DNA of 35,124 nt from a virus (IMGVR_UViG_2690316269_000012), one strand, 5' to 3'. Counted from the first letter of the stretch, positions 1 to 8,862 are shown. Program-made: numbers and translations. The notes: generated from the letters alone by a model not told the origin.

Positions 1-1002
1 TTACCCTCTATTGTCAAAAGGGTTCAATTCAACAGCAGCCTCTAAATGACCTGGAGCAAAATGCGCATAACGCATAGTCATTTTTATATCGCTATGCCCC
101 AGTATTTTTTGCAACACAAGAATATTTCCGCCCCGCATCATAAAATGACTGGCAAACGTGTGACGTAGCACATGAGTTAATTGCCCATCAGGAAGCTCGA
201 TCTTCGCTCTCTTAATTGCAGCGTCAAAAGCCTCATAACATGGTGAAAATAGCGCTCCTCGTTTTTGAGGAAGCATAGCCTGCAATTGAGGTGAAATCGG
301 TACAGTGCGGTTCTTCTTTCCTTTAGTTTTAACAAATGTGATTCGACCGGGCAGTACTTGAGATTGCTTTAATCCTTCAGCTTCACTCCACCGAGCACCA
401 GTCGCAAGCCCAATACGGACAACAACCCCCAAATCTTTATTCCGTGACTCATCACACGCAATCAGAAGGCGTTCAATCTCATCTACATACAGAAACGCCA
501 GTTCCTTTTCTTCCTCACGAAACTTGCGAATACCAGTCAGGGGGTTTTCACCAGACCACTCCCCAAGGCGCTTCAGTTCGGCAAAAACAGCATGTAGATA
601 TGACTGCTCGCGATTAACGGTTGCTTCACTAAGTTTTTTCTTCCCCTTGGGATTCCATTCTCCTGATAGCCTTCTTTCCCGATAAGTAGCAAACATATTT
701 TTGTCAAACTGAGAAGCAAATGGATCCCCCAGCCTGGAACAAATCGCCTCAAGTTTGACTTTGCGCTCTGCACCAGAGGACAAGGTTTTACCGTACATCT
801 CAAACCAACGAGCAATCAACTCAGAAAGACGAGGACCAGAACCATCTTGAAACTCGTCTCCAACTCTACTATTCATTAAACGGCGCTCATAAGAGAGCGC
901 CTCACTTTTTGTCGCAAACTGTTTACGAATGCGTTTTCCCGATGCCCCGTAGGGATAACATTCGCAAAGCCATTTACCTGATGGAATCTTACGAACCGAC
1001 AT
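1..1002 (-). CDS. int: tyrosine site-specific integrase (P2-type)
   Basis: 333-aa ORF with C-terminal tyrosine-recombinase motifs (GARWSEA, HVLRHTFASHF, LGHSDIKMTMRYAHF); terminal gene of the repressor-led minus-strand operon, as in P2. Confidence 0.93.
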   Translation of the reverse strand: MSVRKIPSGKWLCECYPYGASGKRIRKQFATKSEALSYERRLMNSRVGDEFQDGSGPRLSELIARWFEMYGKTLSSGAERKVKLEAICSRLGDPFASQFDKNMFATYRERRLSGEWNPKGKKKLSEATVNREQSYLHAVFAELKRLGEWSGENPLTGIRKFREEEKELAFLYVDEIERLLIACDESRNKDLGVVVRIGLATGARWSEAEGLKQSQVLPGRITFVKTKGKKNRTVPISPQLQAMLPQKRGALFSPCYEAFDAAIKRAKIELPDGQLTHVLRHTFASHFMMRGGNILVLQKILGHSDIKMTMRYAHFAPGHLEAAVELNPFDNRG

Positions 1003-1007
1003 TTTAG

Positions 1008-1355
1008 TTACTTATCACATAAATCAAATGCAGCCTTAGTGACATCCCCCAGACTCTTTTTTAACCCTGGGGCGGCATCATTATCTAGCCAAAATGGATT
1101 ATTGTTATCTAACGGTAACGCACCAAATGTTTTACCTTTTATTCGAGCTAAACCTGTAAGCGCATATAACTTATTATCGTCAAAATTCATCACATAAGGA
1201 TTACCATCAAGACACTGTAATTGAACCTCATCAGTATTAAATGGCCATACCCCATTGAAACTCTCACGTTCAATAGTTTTAAAAGGCATTGCGACGGCGG
1301 AAAAAGAAAACATAGATAAAAAAGTAACTAATAGTTGAACCTTTTTTACTTTCAT
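1008..1355 (-). CDS. small secreted/periplasmic protein of unknown function (cargo)
   Basis: 115-aa ORF with N-terminal signal-peptide-like segment (MKVKKVQLLVTFLSMFSFSAVA) and two Cys; lies between repressor and int where P2 has no gene. Confidence 0.55.
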   Translation of the reverse strand: MKVKKVQLLVTFLSMFSFSAVAMPFKTIERESFNGVWPFNTDEVQLQCLDGNPYVMNFDDNKLYALTGLARIKGKTFGALPLDNNNPFWLDNDAAPGLKKSLGDVTKAAFDLCDK

Positions 1356-1384
1356 ATCATTACCTCAATTTAGCTCAAGTAAGA

Positions 1385-2035
1385 TTACAAATTAAAAAAC
1401 ACCCTAGAAATGGCACCGCCTACCAAAACCCCTACGCAGATAAAGAATATTATTTCTTTTGGATAAAGTCGGATTAATTCTGAAGCACGAAGTCGAACTT
1501 CTGGTAAGGCCGAACTCTCTGTGTGACTTGATGCCGATTGTTGCTCTAACCACGACAATGCAGACTGTAACTGAGAACGAGTAAGATCGTTTAAACGTCC
1601 TGTACCGAAATTGATATGGCAATACCGCAGAAGTTTTTGTCGAAGTCCACAGTCTTCACTGTTACGTAGTAATAAACTTACAAGAGTCTTACAGGCATCA
1701 TGATCTTTACATCGCTCAAGCATTGCATGCAGAAAACTCTCCGCTGTTTTATATTGATTTACTGTCATATCATCAATACCAGCTACACCAATCTCCGCAT
1801 GTACTTTTTGCCAAATAATAAACGCTTCAGTATTGCTAGCTTCTGCAATAGCAGCAACCAAGCTATTTAGCTCCTTACGCTGAGCCTTAAGCAAAGGGCG
1901 ATCGTCATCATCATTATTCGAAGGGATTGCGATATTGACGGTATGAGAACCATCATATCGCTCTATCTGAATATTCTTTTCGTGAAAATCACGCCCAGCA
2001 ACGCGATTGTTTGAACCGTTTGAGTTGACGGCCAT
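1385..2035 (-). CDS. membrane-anchored protein of unknown function (cargo)
   Basis: 216-aa ORF; soluble N-terminal region and a single C-terminal hydrophobic helix (IIFFICVGVLVGGAISRVFF); 15 nt downstream of the repressor stop. Confidence 0.55.
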   Translation of the reverse strand: MAVNSNGSNNRVAGRDFHEKNIQIERYDGSHTVNIAIPSNNDDDDRPLLKAQRKELNSLVAAIAEASNTEAFIIWQKVHAEIGVAGIDDMTVNQYKTAESFLHAMLERCKDHDACKTLVSLLLRNSEDCGLRQKLLRYCHINFGTGRLNDLTRSQLQSALSWLEQQSASSHTESSALPEVRLRASELIRLYPKEIIFFICVGVLVGGAISRVFFNL

Positions 2036-2050
2036 GTCACCTCCCTACTA

Positions 2051-2455
2051 TCACCTACCCTTAGTTTCGTTATAGTCACGACCAGCGATACGGTTATTAC
2101 CACCAGAAATATTTAACTCACGTCCTGATGGCTGAGTTTCCTTTTCACTGATCGCACCTTTTAAAGCCCCGATCACCGCGTTTTTCACATCTAACGAAGC
2201 TGCTCGAAAGCGAGTAATCAACTCCTGCTCATCATCGTTATAAGTTTCAGGTGAGTGAATTCCCAACACAACATACTGAACATCAAGGCCAAAACGAGAC
2301 AGCGCTGCCAAATACGCAGCATCAGGAAAGCTATCTCCTTTCTCATATCTAAGCTGAGTTAGCTTTTTGACTCCACCAATGTCGCTCATGGCAACTTGAC
2401 TAAGTCCCAATCTTTCCCTTTCCTCACGCAACCGCTGACCAATATCATTTTTCAT
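2051..2455 (-). CDS. C: immunity repressor, HTH XRE-family (P2 C-like)
   Basis: 134-aa ORF; N-terminal Cro/C1-type helix-turn-helix (QRLREERERLGLSQVAMSDIGGVKKLTQLRYEKG); divergent from the early operon. Confidence 0.85.
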   Translation of the reverse strand: MKNDIGQRLREERERLGLSQVAMSDIGGVKKLTQLRYEKGDSFPDAAYLAALSRFGLDVQYVVLGIHSPETYNDDEQELITRFRAASLDVKNAVIGALKGAISEKETQPSGRELNISGGNNRIAGRDYNETKGR

Positions 2456-2464
2456 ACAAAAACC

Positions 2465-2493
2465 TTGACAGGTATCTTTTTTGATACCAAAAT
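2465..2493 (+). promoter_or_regulatory. candidate early promoter (TTGACA-N17-CAAAAT) with operator-like dyad GGTATC-N6-GATACC (2471..2488) in the spacer
   Basis: -35 consensus hexamer at 2465..2470; perfect 6-bp inverted repeat between -35 and -10; sits in the 75-bp gap between divergent repressor and early genes. Confidence 0.45.
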
Positions 2494-2530
2494 GATTTCA
2501 CGAGCTATTAGATGATCACAATATACCACT

Positions 2531-2737
2531 ATGAAACAAGTTCTTCACGATACCAGATCACGCATTCCGCGTAACACCGCCACAGGTCCAAGACTGGCAC
2601 TTCGGCTGTCCCTCGAGGAGCGAGCCGTCATTGATGAAATGGCAGCTAAAGAACAACGCTCATCCTCTAACATGGCGCGCATGATCTTCCTTCGCGGCCT
2701 AGAGCTAACCCAGAAAGAACAAAACAAATCTTCCTGA
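2531..2737 (+). CDS. ribbon-helix-helix (Arc/CopG-like) DNA-binding protein
   Basis: 68-aa ORF; beta-strand then two helices pattern (PRLALRLSLEERAVIDEMAAKEQRSSSNMARMIFLRGLE); first gene of the early operon. Confidence 0.55.
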   Translation: MKQVLHDTRSRIPRNTATGPRLALRLSLEERAVIDEMAAKEQRSSSNMARMIFLRGLELTQKEQNKSS

Positions 2738-2753
2738 TCAGGAGGCTAGTGGG

Positions 2754-2957
2754 ATGTCAGGTATAACCATCAATATCAATGTGAATGCCCCCTATGTATC
2801 CCTGCAGAAATATGCAGAGATAACAGGTATCCCTCTTAATACATGCAAAAAGATGTTGGCTGACGGTCGAATTATTATCCGCCCCAAACGCGCCAAAATG
2901 GAAAAGCCTGAAGTAAACCTTGTGGCGATGTTAAAAGACGCTTTGGCTAACAGCTAA
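2754..2957 (+). CDS. cox: Cox-like excisionase / lytic-switch regulator
   Basis: 67-aa ORF; HTH region (YVSLQKYAEITGIPLNTCKKMLADGRIIIRP) resembles P2 Cox from memory; AGGAGG RBS upstream. Confidence 0.7.
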   Translation: MSGITININVNAPYVSLQKYAEITGIPLNTCKKMLADGRIIIRPKRAKMEKPEVNLVAMLKDALANS

Positions 2958-2978
2958 AACAATGAACAGAGCATCATC

Positions 2979-3329
2979 ATGAAAAAAAACACTAATAATC
3001 CATACTCCAAATTTCGTAATGGCGTAGAACGCCATGTACACCACGTCGCTACCAGTGCATCACGTAGTAACAGCCGCTATAACCTGAACGAGACGCACGC
3101 AACACCAGATGGGCACGCTGTAAAACAAATCGGCGAACACACCTGGCTGATTGAGAAAGCTGGAATCGTGGTTCACAGATGCCCACACAATCCGTTTACC
3201 GGAAACCGCATTTTTGCATTAAGCAGCGGCGATAATCAGTTCGGGCAGGATTTCACATTGTACGAAGCACTACGCACAGTCGATCGTCTGCTTCGCGGGC
3301 AAAGTTTTATTAAACAGGCTGCTTTATAA
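2979..3329 (+). CDS. hypothetical early protein
   Basis: 116-aa ORF in the early operon; no recognised domain. Confidence 0.5.
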   Translation: MKKNTNNPYSKFRNGVERHVHHVATSASRSNSRYNLNETHATPDGHAVKQIGEHTWLIEKAGIVVHRCPHNPFTGNRIFALSSGDNQFGQDFTLYEALRTVDRLLRGQSFIKQAAL

Positions 3330-3339
3330 CAGGTGCTTT

Positions 3340-3618
3340 ATGACTAAAGACCATGCACAAGGTGTATTTATCCGCTTTATTGATTTTCGCGGTGAACTGT
3401 TATTACGCGCATCAGCTATTGACGGAGTAGTTCCATCTGAAAAAAACGCAGCTACCTACGTTTATCTGAACGGTACACGCCTGACTGTAGAGCTTCCGTA
3501 CCAGATCATTCGCGAAATAATTAGCGAAGCCGAAAAATCTCGTCAGGTTAATGGCGATGAACCCTATATCGAGATTATCTGCATGGATTCAGAAGCTGAA
3601 ATTCAGAAAGCAGATTAA
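3340..3618 (+). CDS. hypothetical early protein
   Basis: 92-aa ORF, tightly packed in the early operon. Confidence 0.5.
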   Translation: MTKDHAQGVFIRFIDFRGELLLRASAIDGVVPSEKNAATYVYLNGTRLTVELPYQIIREIISEAEKSRQVNGDEPYIEIICMDSEAEIQKAD

Positions 3619-3629
3619 AGGGTGTTGCG

Positions 3630-3872
3630 ATGGATAAAGAATATAAAACTCTCATCAACAAAGCACTTGAGCGTTTTTATTTTCGTTTAAGCGCATCCGG
3701 CGCTCATTCAGAACGTGCAGCCCGTGACTCATTGACCAGGGCTATCCGGAGTCTGTATGACGTAGCTTTTTACGCTGACGATCTGGATGCACTTAATGAA
3801 CTTTCTGAGCTTATCTGCGCCGCAGAATGCGGGGAGCATATTGAGCCGTACAAACTGGGAAATATCGCATGA
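3630..3872 (+). CDS. hypothetical early protein
   Basis: 80-aa ORF; stop overlaps the next start (ATGA). Confidence 0.5.
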   Translation: MDKEYKTLINKALERFYFRLSASGAHSERAARDSLTRAIRSLYDVAFYADDLDALNELSELICAAECGEHIEPYKLGNIA

Positions 3873-3982
3873 GTATATTTATATCCTGGATTGTTCTTAT
3901 TATTTCGGTGGTTTGTGCAATTGGTATTATGCGAATTATTAATTCAGTAAAAAAGATTGAACGCTTTTTCACTGGCGAATAA
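3869..3982 (+). CDS. candidate small hydrophobic peptide (37 aa)
   Basis: Not in the ORF track (under 60 aa); ATG at 3869 overlaps the upstream stop; translation MSIFISWIVLIISVVCAIGIMRIINSVKKIERFFTGE is one transmembrane-like helix; AT-rich. Confidence 0.35.
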   Translation: MSIFISWIVLIISVVCAIGIMRIINSVKKIERFFTGE

Positions 3983-4068
3983 CCGCATAAATAAAACCCC
4001 AGCTTAAATAAAAAAATGTGAACACAATCTGCATTCGCAGAGGTATTCACACACACCAAGGAGGCGTA

Positions 4069-4272
4069 ATGGCAATTAAGCATTTTCCTGTCGTTCGTTT
4101 CACCTCCAGAGGACGTGAATACGAAGTCGACGAACGTCTGATTACCACAATCGACAAACACCGCTCAGAAAAGGATGCACACCACATCTATCTCACTGAC
4201 GGCACTTACTTTTGCGCCACTAATGTGGCGCGGGTGAATCTTATCCGACAGGTACAGGATCCACGCAAATGA
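4069..4272 (+). CDS. hypothetical early protein
   Basis: Internal ATG at 4069 preceded by AAGGAGG RBS (67 aa) preferred over the track start at 4018. Confidence 0.5.
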   Translation: MAIKHFPVVRFTSRGREYEVDERLITTIDKHRSEKDAHHIYLTDGTYFCATNVARVNLIRQVQDPRK

Positions 4273-4487
4273 GTAGGAGAAGAATCACTCGCAGACATCA
4301 CCGAACACACCTGAGTTCCTCAGCAACGCTAAAGGCACTTATTCAAAGCGAGATCGGTGATTTCTTCGCGGGAGTTGGCTCACCAGGCGAACCAGAAACA
4401 CCAGAAGCGATGCAGCGTGAGCTCATGATACGCATAGATAACACTTTTGATTTCTTCTACAGCATGCACGGAATTAAACAGAAATGA
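4269..4487 (+). CDS. hypothetical early protein
   Basis: 72-aa ORF; ATGA overlap with upstream gene. Confidence 0.4.
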   Translation: MSRRRITRRHHRTHLSSSATLKALIQSEIGDFFAGVGSPGEPETPEAMQRELMIRIDNTFDFFYSMHGIKQK

Positions 4488-4595
4488 ACCTCAAGCCAGC
4501 AATAACTACTCGTAGAACGTCAATTCCTGTAACCGACCGCTTCTGAGTTTTTTGGCAGGAAGCCTTCGCACATCTGTAGTAAAGAGAATTGCAGC

Positions 4596-4985
4596 ATGAT
4601 TGACGCTCATGACTTCACAAGATGGGTGCGCACACAGGACACCCGTCTGGCTCCCGTTCTTCAGGGATTATTTGATCTCTACATCCGTGGTCGTGACAAC
4701 AGAGCACGCACCACAAAACCGGAGAATGCAGACACCCTTTATTTCACAGTAGACGACTGCTACCGCGTGGACTTCACACCACACGGGCTGGCGTTGCACT
4801 GCCTGACACCACACGGCGAATCACTGCTGGCGTATTACGACTCCCCGGCCTCCATATTTGCGGCAATGCTGGCGCATCGCACTGCTGGCGGGTGTGCCTC
4901 GCTGAGTGAATACTCCGCTGAATTTAACCGCCTTTCCGCCCTCTTCTCACAGGAGTGGCAGCGCGTGACGGGATACCAGCCATGA
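4596..4985 (+). CDS. hypothetical early protein (position of P2 B/orf8x genes)
   Basis: 129-aa ORF immediately upstream of and overlapping the gene A start. Confidence 0.5.
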   Translation: MIDAHDFTRWVRTQDTRLAPVLQGLFDLYIRGRDNRARTTKPENADTLYFTVDDCYRVDFTPHGLALHCLTPHGESLLAYYDSPASIFAAMLAHRTAGGCASLSEYSAEFNRLSALFSQEWQRVTGYQP

Positions 4986-7822
4986 GTGCGTTTGCATGGA
5001 GCTGGAATGAACCACGGCCAGCCATTGATCCGGCCAGATTTACGGAGCGCAGGCAGGAAACTGAAACCGACCTGCAACGCGCCATCCGTTACTACCTTGA
5101 GGCAAACAAAAGGGCACAGGAAGAACAGGAAGCGAAGGAAGAAGCCTTTTTCGCACAATCCACCGTGGGTAAAAAACTCATGGCATCCCTTGAGGAAGCC
5201 GGACAGCGTGAAAAGCTGGCACAAAGCATCATCAGCAAGCGTCAGGCAACAGAACAAGACCCGGTGGCCCGTGCTTTTGCCACACTGAAGGTGCTTCCCG
5301 TTTATCTGCGTGAACCTCTGAGCCGCCACCTCTCTTTTCTGCGCAAGAAGCAGGAAGCCGATCGTCAGAAAGGCAAAAAGAGCTGGCAGGCTGAACGCTA
5401 CGCGCGCGGAACCCTGCGCAAAATATTCGAACGTCTGGACCGCACCGACAGCCGCTGGCTGACACCGGGCTATCGCTCCCTTGCCGGACGCGAACGCCTG
5501 GACGATTTGCTTTACCTGCCGCAGCTCAACAAACACCAGATACAGACGCTGGCCACCATGACGGCGGCGATGTTCAGTGGCACTTTTGAAAAACTCTGCG
5601 ATGGCTTTGGCGCGACCGATGGCGAGCTGACCATGGATGTAACGCTGAAGGCGTATCAGATGCTGGCCCGCATGGCGTTACACCTGCACGCTATGCCTCC
5701 ACATTATGACGCTCTGACAACAGACAAAGACCGGAGGAATGAACCGGACACGGAGCTGCTGCCGGGCGCAATCCTTCGCCTGACCTGTGCGGAATGGTGG
5801 AAACGCAAACTGTGGCTGTTACGTTGCGAGTGGAGAGAAGAACAACTCCGCGCCGCCTGTCTGGTTTCCAGAAAAACATCACCCTATCTGAGCCAGGACG
5901 CGTTAAGCGAGTTTCGCGCACAGCGCGAGAAAACACGCGATTTCCTGAAAAGTTTCATGCTGGAAAACGAAGACGGGTTCACGATTGATCTCGAGACAGT
6001 GTATTACGCGGGAGTAAGTAACCCGATTCACCGTAAGGCAGAAATGATGGCCACCATGAAGGGGCTGGAACTTCTGGCCGAAGCCCGTGGCGACAGAGCG
6101 GTGTTTCTGACTGTCACCTGCCCGTCAAAATACCACGCCACAACAGAGAACGGTCATCCGAATCCCAAATGGAACGGGGCCACCATGCGCGACTCCAGCG
6201 ATTACCTGGTTAACACGTTTTTTGCGGCGGTCCGCAAGAAACTGAACCGCGACGGCCTGCGCTGGTATGGCATCCGCACGGTGGAGCCTCACCATGACGG
6301 CACCGTGCACTGGCATATGATGGTCTTTGCTCATCCGGAAGAAATCGACACCATTGTGTCCCACACCCGCGATATTGCCATTCAGGAAGACCGCCACGAG
6401 CTGGGCAATGATATTACTCCGCGCTTTAAGGTGGAGTATGTCGACGGCTCAAAAGGCACGCCAACCAGCTACATCGCCACCTACATCGGAAAGAACCTGG
6501 ACAGCCGCGCCGTGGATGGCATCGACCCGAAAACGGGCAAGCCACGCGTTGACCACGAAACCGGAAAATCAATGGCCGAGAGCGTGGAACGCGCCATCGG
6601 CTGGGCACGCCTTCACCGGGTCCGCCAGTTCCAGTTCTTTGGCATCCCCTCCCGTCAGGTATGGCGTGAACTCCGCCGCCTTGCCAGCCAGATGGCACGC
6701 AACCCGGAAGGCCCACAACGGCTGAAGGATGATGCAATGGATGCGGTACTCGCTGCCGCTGATGCCGGATGTTTTGCCACCTACATTGAAAAACAGGGTG
6801 GCGTACTTGTTCCGCGCAAGGACTACCTGATTCGCACAGCCTACGACCTCGCAGATGAGCTGAACGATTACGGCGAACAGAGTGTACAGATTTACGGGAT
6901 CTGGTCGCCATTCATCGGGGAATCCTCCCGTGTGTGCACGCATCCGGATAACTGGAAGCTGGTAAGACGTAAACCGGAAGCGGAAGACAGCGCCCGCGAA
7001 AATGGTTTTGACCTTCAGGGCGGCCCTGCCGCCCCTTGGACTCGTGGCAATAACTGTCCCCGTGTACAGGAAACAGGCAACAACGGGACAGAACAGCCGG
7101 AAGAACGGCCAGCACCGTGGCCGCAGCTTCCTGACGGCGTTGAAGTAAATGAATGGATGCGCTCACTGAAACGGCACGAACGCCGGGCGCTGATGCGTTC
7201 GCTTCGTGACAAACAGGCAAAAAACAGCAGCGATGAAATGCAGAACTGGACACAGAGCCGCAAACAGCAGCGGCCTTTGCCTGATAACCACGAGTTACTC
7301 GCTAAAGAATGGCGGGAGTCTGCTGAATCTCTCGGCCTGCATATCGGTGAACAACAGATGCAGCACCTGTTACGGGGCGGCAGTCTGTACGTTGACGGCA
7401 GCATCATTGCACCGCAGGGATTTGAAATTGTACGCAAACCGGATACCCGCCCGGACAGCCGAATCACGCAGCTCTGGCAGCGTCTGAGCCGTAATCATGG
7501 CGTAAGCAGCACGGAGATCCGCCATAACCCGGTCGCCAGCTATCTGGCACAGCTGGGGGCATCAGACCCTGAAGCCGCCGCACGCCTGGCATCCACACTT
7601 CAGCAGGACCAGAACACCATGAAAACACCCGTTACCGTGCTTTCTGACATGCTGCGCGCCATCCGCGACGCAGAGCACGCACAGAGAATCAGTGAAACCA
7701 CTGAACGCGCCAGCCGCAAAGCAGACCTGCTGCGGGGTGGCCTGACCAGTGGAAACAAAAAACAGACAGAAACGGGACTCACGAATCCCGTAAATGAGCA
7801 AAAAACGCGCAGCGATATATGA
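4982..7822 (+). CDS. A: rolling-circle replication initiator endonuclease (P2 gpA family)
   Basis: 946 aa from ATG at 4982; HUH-type motif (GTVHWHMMVF) and overall resemblance to P2 gene A product; longer than P2 A (about 761 aa) with a C-terminal extension. Confidence 0.88.
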   Translation: MSAFAWSWNEPRPAIDPARFTERRQETETDLQRAIRYYLEANKRAQEEQEAKEEAFFAQSTVGKKLMASLEEAGQREKLAQSIISKRQATEQDPVARAFATLKVLPVYLREPLSRHLSFLRKKQEADRQKGKKSWQAERYARGTLRKIFERLDRTDSRWLTPGYRSLAGRERLDDLLYLPQLNKHQIQTLATMTAAMFSGTFEKLCDGFGATDGELTMDVTLKAYQMLARMALHLHAMPPHYDALTTDKDRRNEPDTELLPGAILRLTCAEWWKRKLWLLRCEWREEQLRAACLVSRKTSPYLSQDALSEFRAQREKTRDFLKSFMLENEDGFTIDLETVYYAGVSNPIHRKAEMMATMKGLELLAEARGDRAVFLTVTCPSKYHATTENGHPNPKWNGATMRDSSDYLVNTFFAAVRKKLNRDGLRWYGIRTVEPHHDGTVHWHMMVFAHPEEIDTIVSHTRDIAIQEDRHELGNDITPRFKVEYVDGSKGTPTSYIATYIGKNLDSRAVDGIDPKTGKPRVDHETGKSMAESVERAIGWARLHRVRQFQFFGIPSRQVWRELRRLASQMARNPEGPQRLKDDAMDAVLAAADAGCFATYIEKQGGVLVPRKDYLIRTAYDLADELNDYGEQSVQIYGIWSPFIGESSRVCTHPDNWKLVRRKPEAEDSARENGFDLQGGPAAPWTRGNNCPRVQETGNNGTEQPEERPAPWPQLPDGVEVNEWMRSLKRHERRALMRSLRDKQAKNSSDEMQNWTQSRKQQRPLPDNHELLAKEWRESAESLGLHIGEQQMQHLLRGGSLYVDGSIIAPQGFEIVRKPDTRPDSRITQLWQRLSRNHGVSSTEIRHNPVASYLAQLGASDPEAAARLASTLQQDQNTMKTPVTVLSDMLRAIRDAEHAQRISETTERASRKADLLRGGLTSGNKKQTETGLTNPVNEQKTRSDI

Positions 7823-7869
7823 AGCGCGCACAAAACAGGCAAAAACGGGATTTCAGAATCCCGTAAACG
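7769..7869. repeat. two copies of a dyad-containing repeat, AAACGGGA-N-TCCCGTAAA (7769..7796 and 7843..7869)
   Basis: Copy 1 is inside the 3' end of A, copy 2 in the A-parM spacer; each holds a 6-8 bp inverted repeat; flanked by CAAAAAAC-like A-tracts. Confidence 0.5.
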
Positions 7870-7898
7870 ATTAATTAATCAACATAAGGAAAACCGAC

Positions 7899-8858
7899 AT
7901 GAAAATTTACATCGACGACGGCTCCACCAACATCAAGCTGGCATGGACTGAGAACGGCGAACGCCGCAACGCCATCAGCCCGAACAGCTTCAAGTCGGAA
8001 TGGTCTGCGCCGTTCGGTGGCTCGCAGCCTGCTAACTACATGCTTGATGGCGTGCGCTATGGTTTTGATCCGGTCAGCGATCGCTTTGTCCAGACGACCG
8101 ACACGCAATACCAGTACAGCGATGTGAATGTCATTGCCATTCATCACGCGCTGGTCAAATCAGACATCACGCCACAGGAAGTGGATGTGGTTGTTACCCT
8201 GCCACTGAGCGAATATTTCGACACAAACGCACAGCCGGACATGGCCAACATCAACCGCAAAAAAGCGAACGTCATGCGCCCGGTGGAGTACCAGAACGGC
8301 GAAGCATTCACTATCCGTAACGTACGGGTTATGCCTGAATCCATTCCGGCTGGCTTTAAAGCACTGGCTGACATGAGTCCGTTTGAATCCCTGCTGATTG
8401 TGGATTTGGGCGGAACCACGCTGGATGTGGCAAAGGTTCAGGGGCAACTGGCAGGTATCAGCCAGGTGTTTTGCGATCCACACGTAGGCGTTTCTCTTAT
8501 GGCCGATGCCGTACTGTCGGTGATGGCCACTAACGGTATGCGCACCAGTCACCACATCGCCAATACCATTATCGAACATCGCCATAATGAAGCCTGGCTG
8601 CGCCAGCACATCCACAATGACGCGCATTACGCCAGCCTGATGGCGGTTATTCGTGAAAAGGAAGAAACACTGAAACAACGCGTGATCCGCGCGCTGGCGG
8701 TTTTTTCGGGTTACGGGCGGGTGATGGTTGTCGGTGGCGGGGCGGAGATTGTGGCACCCGCTATCCGCGAAGCCTGCGGAGTTAATGCGACTTTCATCGC
8801 GGACGGGGTGCCACAGTTTGCTCTGGTTAATGGGCTGTACGCAATGGACAAGGAGTAA
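7899..8858 (+). CDS. parM: actin-like segregation ATPase ParM/StbA
   Basis: 319 aa; N-terminus MKIYIDDGSTNIKLAW and later blocks (YSDVNVIAIHHAL, VMPESIPAG, LIVDLGGTTLD, VVGGGAEI) match plasmid R1 ParM closely from memory. Confidence 0.88.
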   Translation: MKIYIDDGSTNIKLAWTENGERRNAISPNSFKSEWSAPFGGSQPANYMLDGVRYGFDPVSDRFVQTTDTQYQYSDVNVIAIHHALVKSDITPQEVDVVVTLPLSEYFDTNAQPDMANINRKKANVMRPVEYQNGEAFTIRNVRVMPESIPAGFKALADMSPFESLLIVDLGGTTLDVAKVQGQLAGISQVFCDPHVGVSLMADAVLSVMATNGMRTSHHIANTIIEHRHNEAWLRQHIHNDAHYASLMAVIREKEETLKQRVIRALAVFSGYGRVMVVGGGAEIVAPAIREACGVNATFIADGVPQFALVNGLYAMDKE

Positions 8859-8862
8859 ACCA

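Noticed and set aside
6426-7467. Several minus-strand ORFs of 113-161 aa inside gene A
   Set aside because: Overlap the conserved replication initiator on the opposite strand; Arg/Cys/Pro-rich translations typical of antisense frames
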